Positions 26,101 to 34,901 of a stretch of 64,000 bases of DNA are shown piece after piece. The DNA lies in IMG/VR virus record IMGVR_UViG_3300032675_000001, positions 62,001 through 126,000 of that record, one strand, 5' to 3'. The number at the start of each line of letters is the position of its first letter. Positions within the stretch are counted from its first letter, which is position 1. The translations under genes and the position numbers were made by a program. The notes below the pieces were generated by a model that worked only from the letters and a program-made list of their open reading frames with translations, was not told the DNA's origin and did no database searches.

Positions 26101-28104
26101 TGGCTCACCGGGATTTGGCTTCCAAGAGAAATCAAACTTGCTAGCATCAATGTTGTCTGGAACTTCCCAGTACTGCATATCATTATCAAGAGTTGCAATA
26201 ACATCTGTAACATACTTGACCTGAGTTGCACCTTCCACTCTATATTCAATAGTCGGCATTACTTCTGCTGGATGCCACTGATTACCAAACACATAGATAT
26301 ATGGTTCATCAGTTTCATCAGGATGCCATGACCAATCAAAGTCTTTTATTTTCAGATTTCTCAGAATAGTAAAATTTTGTTCATTTGGCAAACGAGTTGC
26401 CTTGATGATAGATGTATCAATATACTTGACGGGGCTGTTCTTATCGCAACCGGGCGTCATATATGTGGGGCCACCGGTTTTTTGATGCTGAGTCCCAAAT
26501 TTATAGATATATGGTTGATCTTCCGCATATGGGTGCCACGAGAAATCAAACGTTGATTCGTCAATAAGTTCATGATCATAAACCCAGTTTGTTTTGTCAG
26601 GCATTGCTATAGCAACCTGACCCTCTACGTACTGAACTTTTATGGCACCGGGAACGGTGTAGACAGGACCTCCACTAAATGCCCATTGAGTACCAAACAC
26701 GTAAATATAATCAGGGCTAGTAGCATCTGGATGCCAAGAGAAATCAAAACCGTTAACGTCCACGCTTTGAGGGGATGTCCAATGCTCCATGCTAGGCAGT
26801 CTTTTAACTTTTTGTACATCAACATATTTTCTTTCTGTTGCACCCGGAACAATATACATTGGTCCACCGGTTTTCTGCCATTGCGTCCCGAACTCATAGA
26901 TGTAGGGAGGATCGTGTGGATTTGGTTCCCATGAGTAGTCAAAACCCCTATCATCAACGTTATCAGGGATAATCCAGTTTGTCAAGCTTGGATTACGTGT
27001 GGCACGTTCATCCATATATTTGTATTCAGTGGCACCTTCTACCACATATTGAATTGATACCTTGTCTTCTGGCTTGTTCCATTGATTGCCCCAAGCATAT
27101 ATATACGGCGGGGATGTTGGATCAGGAACCCAGCTATAATCAATACCATATGAGTCTTCCAAGTGTTGAAAATTATTGGGCTGAGGCAGCAACTTTGCTG
27201 AACTTGGTATATGCTTTTCATCTATTGCACCTTCCATAAGATACCGAATTGTAGGCATCTTTGTGCTATCATACTGATTGTTACCAAATACATAATTTAG
27301 AGTTGGTTCACGTGGATCAGGTCTCCATGAGAAATCAAAACTGTTTATGTCAATAGGATATAATATTTCCCACTTATTCCATTCAGGTAGAACCGGAATC
27401 TTTTCTGGCATATATTTTTTATCAGTTGCTCCGGGGGCATGATACTCTAACGTGGACTTGAGGGTGCCCTCAATATACTTGTTTCCCCATATATAAATGA
27501 AGGGAGGGTCCATAGGATCAGGACGCCAAGACATATCAAATCTTGACTTATCAACTTCCTGAACTTCTACCCAACAATCATTGGGTAATAGTTCAACAAT
27601 GTTGTTCATATACTTCACGTTCACAGCACCGGGAACATGATACTCTAAAACAGACTTAATCTGTACGGGGAAGTATTTGCATCCCCACTTATAGATATAA
27701 GGAGGGTCAGATGGATCAGGGTGCCACGAGAAATCAAACTTGGTATGATCTACGGTGTCAAGTTCAACCCAGCAATCGTTGCTAAGGTTTCTGCGTTTTA
27801 CCGGATCAACATCGGAGCGATATATGATGACATCGCTATGTTCTTTGGGGCAAAGCCAAGTTCCAGAATCCTTTTGATGTTGGCTTGGCCACACATTATT
27901 ATGTTCTTCCGCCCACACATCTTCATCGGGAAGGAACTCAAAGTCAAAGTCCCAGTCAAACCCACGATAGTCACAGAACTCATTAATGATCCAGAAATGT
28001 TCAGTCGTTGACTGGCTTCTGGCATCCTCTAATGATTCTGCAAACTTTTCTCTTGGGTGAACGTTTGGTTTTTTACCGTAATAAAAAACATCTCTAATTG
28101 CCAT
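23167..28104 (-). CDS. 1645-aa protein: 13 tandem FDFSWHPD repeats plus several glycosyltransferase-A-like modules
   Basis: Repeat consensus FDFSWHPDxxxPPYIYxFGTQWQKTGGPxYxVPGAxxxKY. The last module aligns by eye with 51179..52126. Confidence 0.85.
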   Translation of the reverse strand: MAIRDVFYYGKKPNVHPREKFAESLEDARSQSTTEHFWIINEFCDYRGFDWDFDFEFLPDEDVWAEEHNNVWPSQHQKDSGTWLCPKEHSDVIIYRSDVDPVKRRNLSNDCWVELDTVDHTKFDFSWHPDPSDPPYIYKWGCKYFPVQIKSVLEYHVPGAVNVKYMNNIVELLPNDCWVEVQEVDKSRFDMSWRPDPMDPPFIYIWGNKYIEGTLKSTLEYHAPGATDKKYMPEKIPVLPEWNKWEILYPIDINSFDFSWRPDPREPTLNYVFGNNQYDSTKMPTIRYLMEGAIDEKHIPSSAKLLPQPNNFQHLEDSYGIDYSWVPDPTSPPYIYAWGNQWNKPEDKVSIQYVVEGATEYKYMDERATRNPSLTNWIIPDNVDDRGFDYSWEPNPHDPPYIYEFGTQWQKTGGPMYIVPGATERKYVDVQKVKRLPSMEHWTSPQSVDVNGFDFSWHPDATSPDYIYVFGTQWAFSGGPVYTVPGAIKVQYVEGQVAIAMPDKTNWVYDHELIDESTFDFSWHPYAEDQPYIYKFGTQHQKTGGPTYMTPGCDKNSPVKYIDTSIIKATRLPNEQNFTILRNLKIKDFDWSWHPDETDEPYIYVFGNQWHPAEVMPTIEYRVEGATQVKYVTDVIATLDNDMQYWEVPDNIDASKFDFSWKPNPGEPKYIYQFGTQWQKTGGPRYVMPNATEVKYVDDVKAIRHPSMKNWTIPDNVDMEGFDFSWHPDDTAPPYIYQFPTQWALTGGPTYTVPGGVAVKYEECQTAKVLPNRDNWEYNPDEIDVDAFDFSWHPYLDDQPYIYQFGTQWQKTGGPRYIAPGATESSPLKYIDTRIIKAIRKPDKSKWTITDPTVIGDFDYSWHPDDTNDPYIYIFGTQHQKTGGPMYIVPGATDNFYVGNPTAMRLPSKENWVIPDGINVDTFDFSWHPDELSPPYIYQFGTIENPEDGPRYVSPNTNGEIVKMEWLSIDENVVSDYPRYYVKTTLSDLVEEHHGEIFWALNSDLDYTDFDFSWRPTIEQAEYVHAFGSSDSELTQTYLINANMWLKGHREINWVVDEKLDDKTLFKLFKKSDMFYVDKGNPESLARFDELKAKYPNIQKTRYLNSWVDTINRCSNRSTTDLFWVLNSELDYTNFDFEYYPNPWQMKMVHVFGTQWSHWGSTFLVNRETFGEDTKWIKIIEHLSNLNFVKNIRATATQCVHDIVVIDHGNKETEKVVELLKSKASGKHVTTIPYDESYLNTLRNIISRQHQKKEHYLWICSSVCDYSNFDFSYTVDPFARDHLHVFPSGKLKFGDTFFIDVNKTREIIDDMQVLEDYHKVNYNGTIKTNRLPEPIIVTSDDTHVNAIKKVDGFPYATIITEDNASVNVQDVEPMCLWAPENKNIIITSTGATRITVPKEVKDHVKKELYDYPYIKRAPKLAMSRPLDIVYLSNGETGAEENWEHLLQATKNLKNRVVRVDGVNGRVAAYHAAVEASDTPWCFTVFAKLKVSLKFDFNWQPDRMQVPKHYIFHAKNPVNGLIYGHQGLICYNKKLTLANVGNGLDFTLDDEHEVVPLLSGIAQYNTDPFSTWRTAFREVLKLKADDTDISRERLEAWLNKGQGEFSEYSIKGALDADEYYDDVNGEFDKLKLSYEWAWLRERFEQL
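25230..27790 (-). repeat. 13 degenerate ~60-codon coding repeats; boundaries approximate
   Basis: Recurring (+)-strand words such as ggatgcca.gagaaatcaaa and ccaccggtttt; the protein repeat was counted by eye. Confidence 0.85.
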
Positions 28105-28136
28105 AACAATATTTACTCAACGCCAACCAGTTGTCT

Positions 28137-28229
28137 TTATTTTATATACCTACACGGGTCTTTAGTAGTCTTACCAAGATACATCAATCCGGTTTTGTTA
28201 TGGGTTTTCTTGTACAAATAAATAATCAT
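28137..28229 (-). pseudogene. Truncated GIY-YIG-like (Seg-like) endonuclease remnant
   Basis: MIIYLYKKTHNKTGLMYLGKTTKDPCRYIK*: the YLY...YLG motif, then a stop after 30 aa. Confidence 0.7.
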
Positions 28230-28296
28230 ATGCTGATGCTCCTTAATAGCGTTAGAGTGAGTGGGGGCGCAATCCCGCGACTCACAACTATTTATA
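28227..28296 (-). promoter_or_regulatory. Late promoter + conserved structured leader, copy B
   Basis: TATAAATA gtt GTGAGT cgc GGGATTGCGCCCC c ACTCAC tctaac GCT attaagg AGC atcagcat ATG. Confidence 0.8.
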
Positions 28297-28297
28297 T

Positions 28298-29776
28298 TTA
28301 AGAGCAAACTTTGACACCGTATAGCAACTCGAAACGATCCGCATCGGCGCGACCATTTACCATAGGTTCGCCACGAATGTTTAATGATGTGTTGAGGAGC
28401 ATAGGACAACCTGTCTCCTCATACCAACGCTCTAGCAGTCTTCTGATTCCTGATCCATCATTCGGAACGCTCTGAACACGGCTAGTCCCGTCAGCATGAA
28501 CGATAGCAGGGAATAGGTCAGGATGCCTACAAGGAGCGACGACTTGCATATACCTACTGTTATTCCAGCCGTAAGGCATATCAAAATAGTCAGACAAATG
28601 CTCCTCCAAAATGACTGGAGCAAACGGTCTGAACTTTTGTCTGCGCTTGATTTCATTTACTTTGTCCTTAATCTCTGGTCCTCTAGGATCGGCAAGTAGA
28701 GAACGATTCCCCAATGCTCTTGGTCCGAACTCTGCTCTTCCACTTGCTACTCCTACAATCTTGTGTGTATACAACTCTTTTACGATATTGTCAACAGGAT
28801 AATCACCTTTGATTTCATGACCGAGGAATGCATCCTTCCATGCTAATCTTTTACCATATCCAAGAGCGGCTGCACCAAGAGAGTTTCCTGCATCACCGGG
28901 ATTTGGCATGATCCATATGTTATTAAAGAATGCACCAAGTTTACGATTGGCAGAACAGTTCAATGCAACGCCACCGCCAAACACAAGATTGCGACTCTTC
29001 GCAAAGATTCGAGCTTTAATCATGACTGTAGAAATCAACGATTCAGTGAGAACCTGAGTTGATGCTGCAATGTCCATCTCATTCGCATCTTTACCCAAAT
29101 ATTCGTCTTGTAATCCTGTGTGAAGATTAACGGCAAAATCTAGGGTTGATCTATCCTCTATCAAATCTTCAAGCTTGTTAACATGAATTGGATTACCATA
29201 TGCAGCCATTCCCATAAGGATATACTCTTCATCTAATGGACGCAATCCTACATAGGCAGTCATGGCAGAATACATCAATCCTATTGAATCTGGATATTTC
29301 TTGCCCCACAGACGTTTATATACTGCTCGTCCATTTTTGTCATATGATGCATCCCATATAGACATAGTATCAAGTTCACCAATAGCATCAATGATGACTA
29401 CCGTAGCATTATCATACGGGCTAGTTTGAAATCCAGCAGCAGCATGTGACAGGTGATGGCTGTGAGTACTCAGGGTAGTAAAATCAAACCGATCATAGAT
29501 ATCATGACCCATGATCTTGGAAATGCTTAGAGGACCAATCGGCTGTTTAGCCTTGAACTGCCTGATAGCTTTTAGCCACGGCTTTTCATAGTAGTGAAGT
29601 TCATACTCACCATTGGTATATTTTAGAGCATCATCCACCAATGCATGACATAGATTGGCATCATGTTTATTCTTACTGTAACGCTCACTGTGCCCTGCAA
29701 ACTTGATTTCACCATGATCATCCACAACAGTTATGGCAGCATCATGGAATCCGCAACTAATACCAATATAGTTCAT
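28298..29776 (-). CDS. Carbamoyltransferase (NodU/CmcH family)
   Basis: HDAA, HHLSHA, DAIGE, GGVALNC, GRAEFGPRALGNRS, FRPFAP, HADGTSRVQ and LLNTSLN motifs. Confidence 0.95.
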   Translation of the reverse strand: MNYIGISCGFHDAAITVVDDHGEIKFAGHSERYSKNKHDANLCHALVDDALKYTNGEYELHYYEKPWLKAIRQFKAKQPIGPLSISKIMGHDIYDRFDFTTLSTHSHHLSHAAAGFQTSPYDNATVVIIDAIGELDTMSIWDASYDKNGRAVYKRLWGKKYPDSIGLMYSAMTAYVGLRPLDEEYILMGMAAYGNPIHVNKLEDLIEDRSTLDFAVNLHTGLQDEYLGKDANEMDIAASTQVLTESLISTVMIKARIFAKSRNLVFGGGVALNCSANRKLGAFFNNIWIMPNPGDAGNSLGAAALGYGKRLAWKDAFLGHEIKGDYPVDNIVKELYTHKIVGVASGRAEFGPRALGNRSLLADPRGPEIKDKVNEIKRRQKFRPFAPVILEEHLSDYFDMPYGWNNSRYMQVVAPCRHPDLFPAIVHADGTSRVQSVPNDGSGIRRLLERWYEETGCPMLLNTSLNIRGEPMVNGRADADRFELLYGVKVCS

Positions 29777-29792
29777 ACAACATATCACCCGA

Positions 29793-29812
29793 TAAATATC
29801 ATATGATATTTA
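29793..29812. promoter_or_regulatory. Perfect 20-bp palindrome carrying TAAATA on both strands between divergent genes
   Basis: TAAATATCATATGATATTTA. Confidence 0.6.
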
Positions 29813-29828
29813 ACGAAACATTTATTCA

Positions 29829-31052
29829 ATGAATAAATCCTTATGCCCATATCCTTTTATACATTCACATGTTAGCGCAACATATGAAAGAAAGCTTTGC
29901 TGTGTCGCAAATAGAAGTATAACGGAGTTGCACAAAACTACCGATGAGTACTGGAACTCAGATTATATCAAAAAAACTAGACTTGATATGATATCCGGTA
30001 TTCCAATACCTGACTGCAGCTTTTGTTATGATCATGAAAACAATGGCGTAAAATCACTTAGACAAACTCTTAATGAACAGTTTCCCATACAGCATTTAGT
30101 TGATCAGACCAAAGAAGATGGATCATTGGAAGTTCCGCCATCCTTTTTTGACTATCGTTCCACGACATGTAATCTGCATTGCACTACCTGTGACCACAAT
30201 CATAGTTCTAAATATGCAAAAATTTCCAATAAGCTATTGGGTAAAGAAACGATCCATAAAGTTGACATTGCCTATGAAAACAGCTTGGGAGAAGAAATCA
30301 TCACTGGACTGAGGAACAAAACGGTTAATACCATCTATTGGGCAGGCGGCGAACCAATGATAATGAAAATGCATTGGGATGTGATTGGCGAAATGGAAAA
30401 GTTATATGATGATGCCGAATATTGCTCCTACATAAAGAGCATAAAGCTATACTATAACACGAATATGACCAAGTTATACTGGAAGGGGCGTCTAATACCA
30501 GAAATACTATCCAAGTTTGATGTTACGTTATGGGCCAGTATAGATGGAGTAGAAGAAACGTTTGAGTACTGTAGAGACGGAGCAAGCTGGGAAACGGTCA
30601 AGAACAACTGGCTAATATATAAAAAATACGTTCCAAAGACTTGGGTTACATCCGTTCTATCTGCCCCAGTATTGATGGATATAGATCGCTTTCTTAGCTT
30701 TTTTGAAGCGACTGATTCCACAACCGACTTTTTCAATCACCAGTATGTGCCAAATGCGTTCTTGAACTTGCTGGATATCAGGCAGTACCCATCGGAAATA
30801 TTCAACGATATCATTGACAATGCCATAGCCAGAGTTGAGAAGTCTCCTTTAGGTGGCAAAGAATACACGCTATCTATTCTAAGAAAGTATAAAGCAGAAA
30901 ACCAACACATTGACTCAGTTGGTTATTCCGAAATAAAAAAACAAATCATTCAAAGAGACAAGTTTCTAATATCCGGATTATCATTTGAGCAATTACTTGA
31001 ACAGATTAATCCTGACGCTCACCGATGGTATAAGTCTATAACAGTTGATTAG
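29829..31052 (+). CDS. Radical SAM protein with N-terminal Twitch/SPASM-like Cys cluster
   Basis: CPYPF..H...CC, C..CY, CNLHCTTC, AGGEP and SIDG motifs. Confidence 0.9.
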   Translation: MNKSLCPYPFIHSHVSATYERKLCCVANRSITELHKTTDEYWNSDYIKKTRLDMISGIPIPDCSFCYDHENNGVKSLRQTLNEQFPIQHLVDQTKEDGSLEVPPSFFDYRSTTCNLHCTTCDHNHSSKYAKISNKLLGKETIHKVDIAYENSLGEEIITGLRNKTVNTIYWAGGEPMIMKMHWDVIGEMEKLYDDAEYCSYIKSIKLYYNTNMTKLYWKGRLIPEILSKFDVTLWASIDGVEETFEYCRDGASWETVKNNWLIYKKYVPKTWVTSVLSAPVLMDIDRFLSFFEATDSTTDFFNHQYVPNAFLNLLDIRQYPSEIFNDIIDNAIARVEKSPLGGKEYTLSILRKYKAENQHIDSVGYSEIKKQIIQRDKFLISGLSFEQLLEQINPDAHRWYKSITVD

Positions 31053-31809
31053 ATAGTTCTATTAACTTTGGATAAAAATCCTCAAAGACCTTCTTGACTT
31101 CATCAGCATTGACAATCTGATCATATGGATCAATTGATAACTGCTTTTCCCTGTAGATACCAAAAGCCTTTTCTCGCTCAGCATCACTCAGATTATCAGA
31201 TTTAGCAATCAGAGTATCATACTCCACAGTATCATAAGTGATCATTGAATCAATGATCTTTTTGTGTTGCTGTTCTATCAGATAACGAGAAACGATGAAA
31301 GACTTTAGTTCATCAATATCTACGTTTAGCATCATGGTATTACGATATGTGCTAAAGATAAAACTCTTTTTCGCAAACATGGCGCTGATTACCTTGTGCT
31401 CAAAGCTTCGTTCAACATACAAAAACTTAAACCCAAGATTAGTCAGATAATTTATTCCGTCAGCAAATCCAATTGATGCCATTCTGTCATCAAGAAACAC
31501 TCTGCATGTTAGAGCCTGAGACATATTCGCTTTGGATATGATATCAAGCCGTTCCTTGGCAACGTCTGACATTGTATTAAAGGTTGCTGCTGGCTTATTG
31601 TAAATCTTTAATTTACCATTTTCCAATGCTATAGTGTGAACTAGGCCAGCCTGAACCGTGAAGATTTCTTGCAGAGATACCACATCGTTGTATTTATTAC
31701 TAAGAGAGTAATTAACAAATGCTTCTGTTAACTGCGTTCCTGATCTTGGAACGCCCAAAATCACATAACGGTGATGTTCTAAATCCCACGGAAGATTGCT
31801 GTTAAACAT
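31036..31809 (-). CDS. Sulfotransferase-like (P-loop) protein
   Basis: ILGVPRSGT (PAPS 5'-PSB-like), R......S and YD motifs. Start moved to MFNSNL. Confidence 0.55.
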   Translation of the reverse strand: MFNSNLPWDLEHHRYVILGVPRSGTQLTEAFVNYSLSNKYNDVVSLQEIFTVQAGLVHTIALENGKLKIYNKPAATFNTMSDVAKERLDIISKANMSQALTCRVFLDDRMASIGFADGINYLTNLGFKFLYVERSFEHKVISAMFAKKSFIFSTYRNTMMLNVDIDELKSFIVSRYLIEQQHKKIIDSMITYDTVEYDTLIAKSDNLSDAEREKAFGIYREKQLSIDPYDQIVNADEVKKVFEDFYPKLIELSNQLL

Positions 31810-31813
31810 TCTA

Positions 31814-31918
31814 TTACTTATAGATGAATGGATCGCGCTTGCGAAGTTCCTTGATGCGCTTTTTGTATGCGCGATCACGTTTTATATTATTGATAATCTT
31901 TTTAATCCACTTGAACAT
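31814..31918 (-). CDS. Small basic protein (34 aa)
   Basis: Not in the track. MFKWIKKIINNIKRDRAYKKRIKELRKRDPFIYK*, with AGGA upstream. Confidence 0.65.
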   Translation of the reverse strand: MFKWIKKIINNIKRDRAYKKRIKELRKRDPFIYK

Positions 31919-32678
31919 TATTGTTATCCTTTATAAAATTGTACAGTTCTTCAGCATACAGACGATGTGGTTCCTCACTATGATGCCAGTACTGTGCCTT
32001 GTCATTGGTGTATCCCATGTGTCTGTATTTCCAGTAGAATGCTTGACTTTCATCTGTACCAACATTGTAATATCTGGTCTTGTCTATCTTGTTGACAAGG
32101 TAACTGGTAAAATGTTCATTCGGAGCAAACATATGCATGGTGTCACACATGACATAATCAATACCCAAAGACTTTAAATAATACTGTGTCATTAATACAT
32201 CAGTGGCTGACCAGTTTTCCAATATCGTTTCATTTTCTGCCATGAACTGATGATATGGAGGAATCATTTCCTTTTCATCGTCTGTATTACCATGCCATCC
32301 AAAGTTTATACGAAAGAAACTATTGCTTGAAGAATCAAACCATGGACTTGCAGAATTTCCCTCATTATAATAACATGCTCGTTTTTTTGCTGGAACTTCC
32401 ATGCGTGTGCTTTCAGTCCATCCTATTATAACAAACACGTCCATTGTATCGGGATTATATTCTTCATGAAACCAACTAAGAATGCTACGAGCAATACCAG
32501 AATTGGTGGCACCATTCAATGAAATATTAAGTGGACGATAGCCCATTTTCTTAGCTAGTACAGCACCATATGCGTTGTCACGGTTGTAGTGGCTATCTTC
32601 TGTTCCATCAATTTCTGATCCGGCAGAATGGCTACATCCGGATATTAAGGCGATCTTTTCTTTTGGCATATTGGTCAT
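31902..32678 (-). CDS. SGNH-hydrolase-like protein
   Basis: GCSHSAG, G..N..I and terminal HH...H motifs. Confidence 0.6.
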   Translation of the reverse strand: MTNMPKEKIALISGCSHSAGSEIDGTEDSHYNRDNAYGAVLAKKMGYRPLNISLNGATNSGIARSILSWFHEEYNPDTMDVFVIIGWTESTRMEVPAKKRACYYNEGNSASPWFDSSSNSFFRINFGWHGNTDDEKEMIPPYHQFMAENETILENWSATDVLMTQYYLKSLGIDYVMCDTMHMFAPNEHFTSYLVNKIDKTRYYNVGTDESQAFYWKYRHMGYTNDKAQYWHHSEEPHRLYAEELYNFIKDNNNVQVD

Positions 32679-34891
32679 GGTAAATTTGCCGTCTTTCTTC
32701 TATTAACTAGTGACTGAAACTCTGTACCATTGTCAACTTTCTTTTCAGGAATGGTGTCTCTTTTATTGGATGATACCTCTACGATATAATCTTTCCAGTT
32801 GCTCCAATCGCCAGTATTCTTATATTTTAACTCAAATGAGAAATCAATCGTTGCATTGAGAGCCGCTTCTTCGTTTAATAAATCAGCGAAATCTTGACCT
32901 GATCTTCCTTCATCCTTATCCCAATCGGGCTTGGCAAGCTTTCGTGCACGTTTAGCTGTATTAGCCTGAATGCGCGAATAATCCTGTGCATAAAATGGTC
33001 CCTTACGACCCTCAGGAGGCGGTGCACGATCATCAAATGGATTGTCAATCTGATCAAACTTAATGTCAAAGTCTGCTTCCCATAATCCTTCATCAGTAAT
33101 CTTGAACTTATAGACAGCATTATACATGCCGGGACCAAACTGTGATCCGAACTCTTTCAAGTCTATTTCAGGATTAAATCTGACTTCGGCTTCGTATCCA
33201 CCTCGTGCACGCCACAGGTTTCGGAAGAAAGGCCACATTTCATTAACAAGGGTATTAGCAAAAGGGTTGCTAGGATCAACGGGAGGAATAATATTATAAT
33301 CAAATTTCTCATAGAACATTTCTTTCTGGCAATCAGGGTTATTTAACTTAATATCATAATGATCTTTTGCCAGTGCATAACGAATAGGATAAGTTATTGG
33401 CTCACCGTCTTTACAGTGTGAAATAAAGTCTGCCCATATGTGAATGCACTTGACACGAGTCATGACATGTGTGCCACCCTTTGCTAAATCGTTGGATATC
33501 CAATGTCCCTGATATTTGTGCCATGATACATTGAACTTGTGGGGATTTTGTCCTACGATAGTTTCTGGTCCTACAGCAAATCCTACACCAAGACCCATAT
33601 TACCAATGGCATCACGCATACGCCATTGTAGAGTCATCGTGTCAGAATAATCTTGAAAGTCCTCAGTGCTGAATCCTACAATCCAGTTAGTATCGCACCC
33701 AATACCTACCTTCTTACAGTCAATGAAGTTTTGCTCAATCTCAGCAATGGTAACTCCCTTGTGCATATCATCAAGAACCTTTTGGCTTCCTGATTCAGTG
33801 CCAAAATTAAATCGTAGACATCCACCGTCCGCCAAGTCCTGTAGATATTCCAAATCCATTCTCTCATCATGGCGAGCATACCCAGTGAACTTTACCTTTA
33901 AGTCTTTAGCTTTAAGTGCTAGCGCAAATGCACGAAGTTCTTTTATGTTACCATTAATAAGAGAATCAATAAACCAAATAACATCTGTGCCCTTATTATA
34001 ATAGAGCCATTCTATTTCAGTGATTAAATCTACAGCCTGACGTTGACGATATTTCCAGAAATGTGTCTCTTCACAAAAAGAACACTTGGCAGTACATCCT
34101 CGTGATATTTCAGAGTTAATACCATTGGGAAGTTCATAATGACTAAAATCAATACTTTCATAGTCGGGCATTGGAAGGTTATTAATATTGATACGTTGAT
34201 TTTCTGGTTGTGATAGGATTTGTGTTTCTGTAGGTCTCCATCCTTCTTCAATCTCATCCAACATTACCAATAGATTTTGCTCGCCTTCACCAATAACAAC
34301 ATAGTCATAATATGGCTGAATCTCAAACCATGATTTATGAACGTTTGGTCCACCCACAGCAATAAGAATGTCTGGCTTACGGCGCTTTAGTTCTTTGCAC
34401 ATCCACTTTGTAGGCTCTTCGGAAATATAGTAGACGCTGAATCCAACAACATCTGGATTCATTGCAATAATATCATCTACGGCCTGTGATAGAATAGGTT
34501 CCAGAACAGGATGGATGTCGTTCATATATGTTTCACCCAGCCAGTGCCATGATGCACTCGGGTCCCAAAGCCTAAATGGAAGTTTATTATTTGGATGCCA
34601 ATCATTACGATAAGCATTGTATGCCTTGACATTTAAATCCATAATATGAGTTTCATATCCAGCCGCCTTGGCAATGCCAGATAGCTTAGCTAGAGAGAAT
34701 GGAGGCATATATGGCGACCATTCAGGACATAGAACAAGAACCATTTTGGTTTGTCTCGTTTTATAATCCACATATACCGGCGTCAAGTTTTTTTCATTGA
34801 CGACCGCAGGCTTGGCATATGGCGCAATAGCGTCCATCATAGCCTGATGGCGCAAATCGGATATATCCTGTGTAGGTCTTTCTCTTGTCAA
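32675..34891 (-). CDS. Cobalamin-binding (class B) radical SAM enzyme
   Basis: B12-binding domain (DVVGFS...VGGP), SRGCTAKCSFC and G.ESGSQKVL motifs. Confidence 0.9.
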   Translation of the reverse strand: MTRERPTQDISDLRHQAMMDAIAPYAKPAVVNEKNLTPVYVDYKTRQTKMVLVLCPEWSPYMPPFSLAKLSGIAKAAGYETHIMDLNVKAYNAYRNDWHPNNKLPFRLWDPSASWHWLGETYMNDIHPVLEPILSQAVDDIIAMNPDVVGFSVYYISEEPTKWMCKELKRRKPDILIAVGGPNVHKSWFEIQPYYDYVVIGEGEQNLLVMLDEIEEGWRPTETQILSQPENQRININNLPMPDYESIDFSHYELPNGINSEISRGCTAKCSFCEETHFWKYRQRQAVDLITEIEWLYYNKGTDVIWFIDSLINGNIKELRAFALALKAKDLKVKFTGYARHDERMDLEYLQDLADGGCLRFNFGTESGSQKVLDDMHKGVTIAEIEQNFIDCKKVGIGCDTNWIVGFSTEDFQDYSDTMTLQWRMRDAIGNMGLGVGFAVGPETIVGQNPHKFNVSWHKYQGHWISNDLAKGGTHVMTRVKCIHIWADFISHCKDGEPITYPIRYALAKDHYDIKLNNPDCQKEMFYEKFDYNIIPPVDPSNPFANTLVNEMWPFFRNLWRARGGYEAEVRFNPEIDLKEFGSQFGPGMYNAVYKFKITDEGLWEADFDIKFDQIDNPFDDRAPPPEGRKGPFYAQDYSRIQANTAKRARKLAKPDWDKDEGRSGQDFADLLNEEAALNATIDFSFELKYKNTGDWSNWKDYIVEVSSNKRDTIPEKKVDNGTEFQSLVNRRKTANLP

Positions 34892-34901
34892 CTTAGGTTC
34901 C

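Noticed and set aside
25230-27790. CRISPR array or DGR template/variable repeats
   Set aside because: The repeats are degenerate, in-frame protein repeats with no constant repeat-spacer pattern; no cas or reverse transcriptase gene is in the window.
28230-28409. Track ORF 28137..28409 as a 90-aa gene; likewise the extensions 50578..50661 and 52714..52791
   Set aside because: These extensions run through the structured leaders; RBS position or homology indicates starts at 28229, 50577 and 52713.
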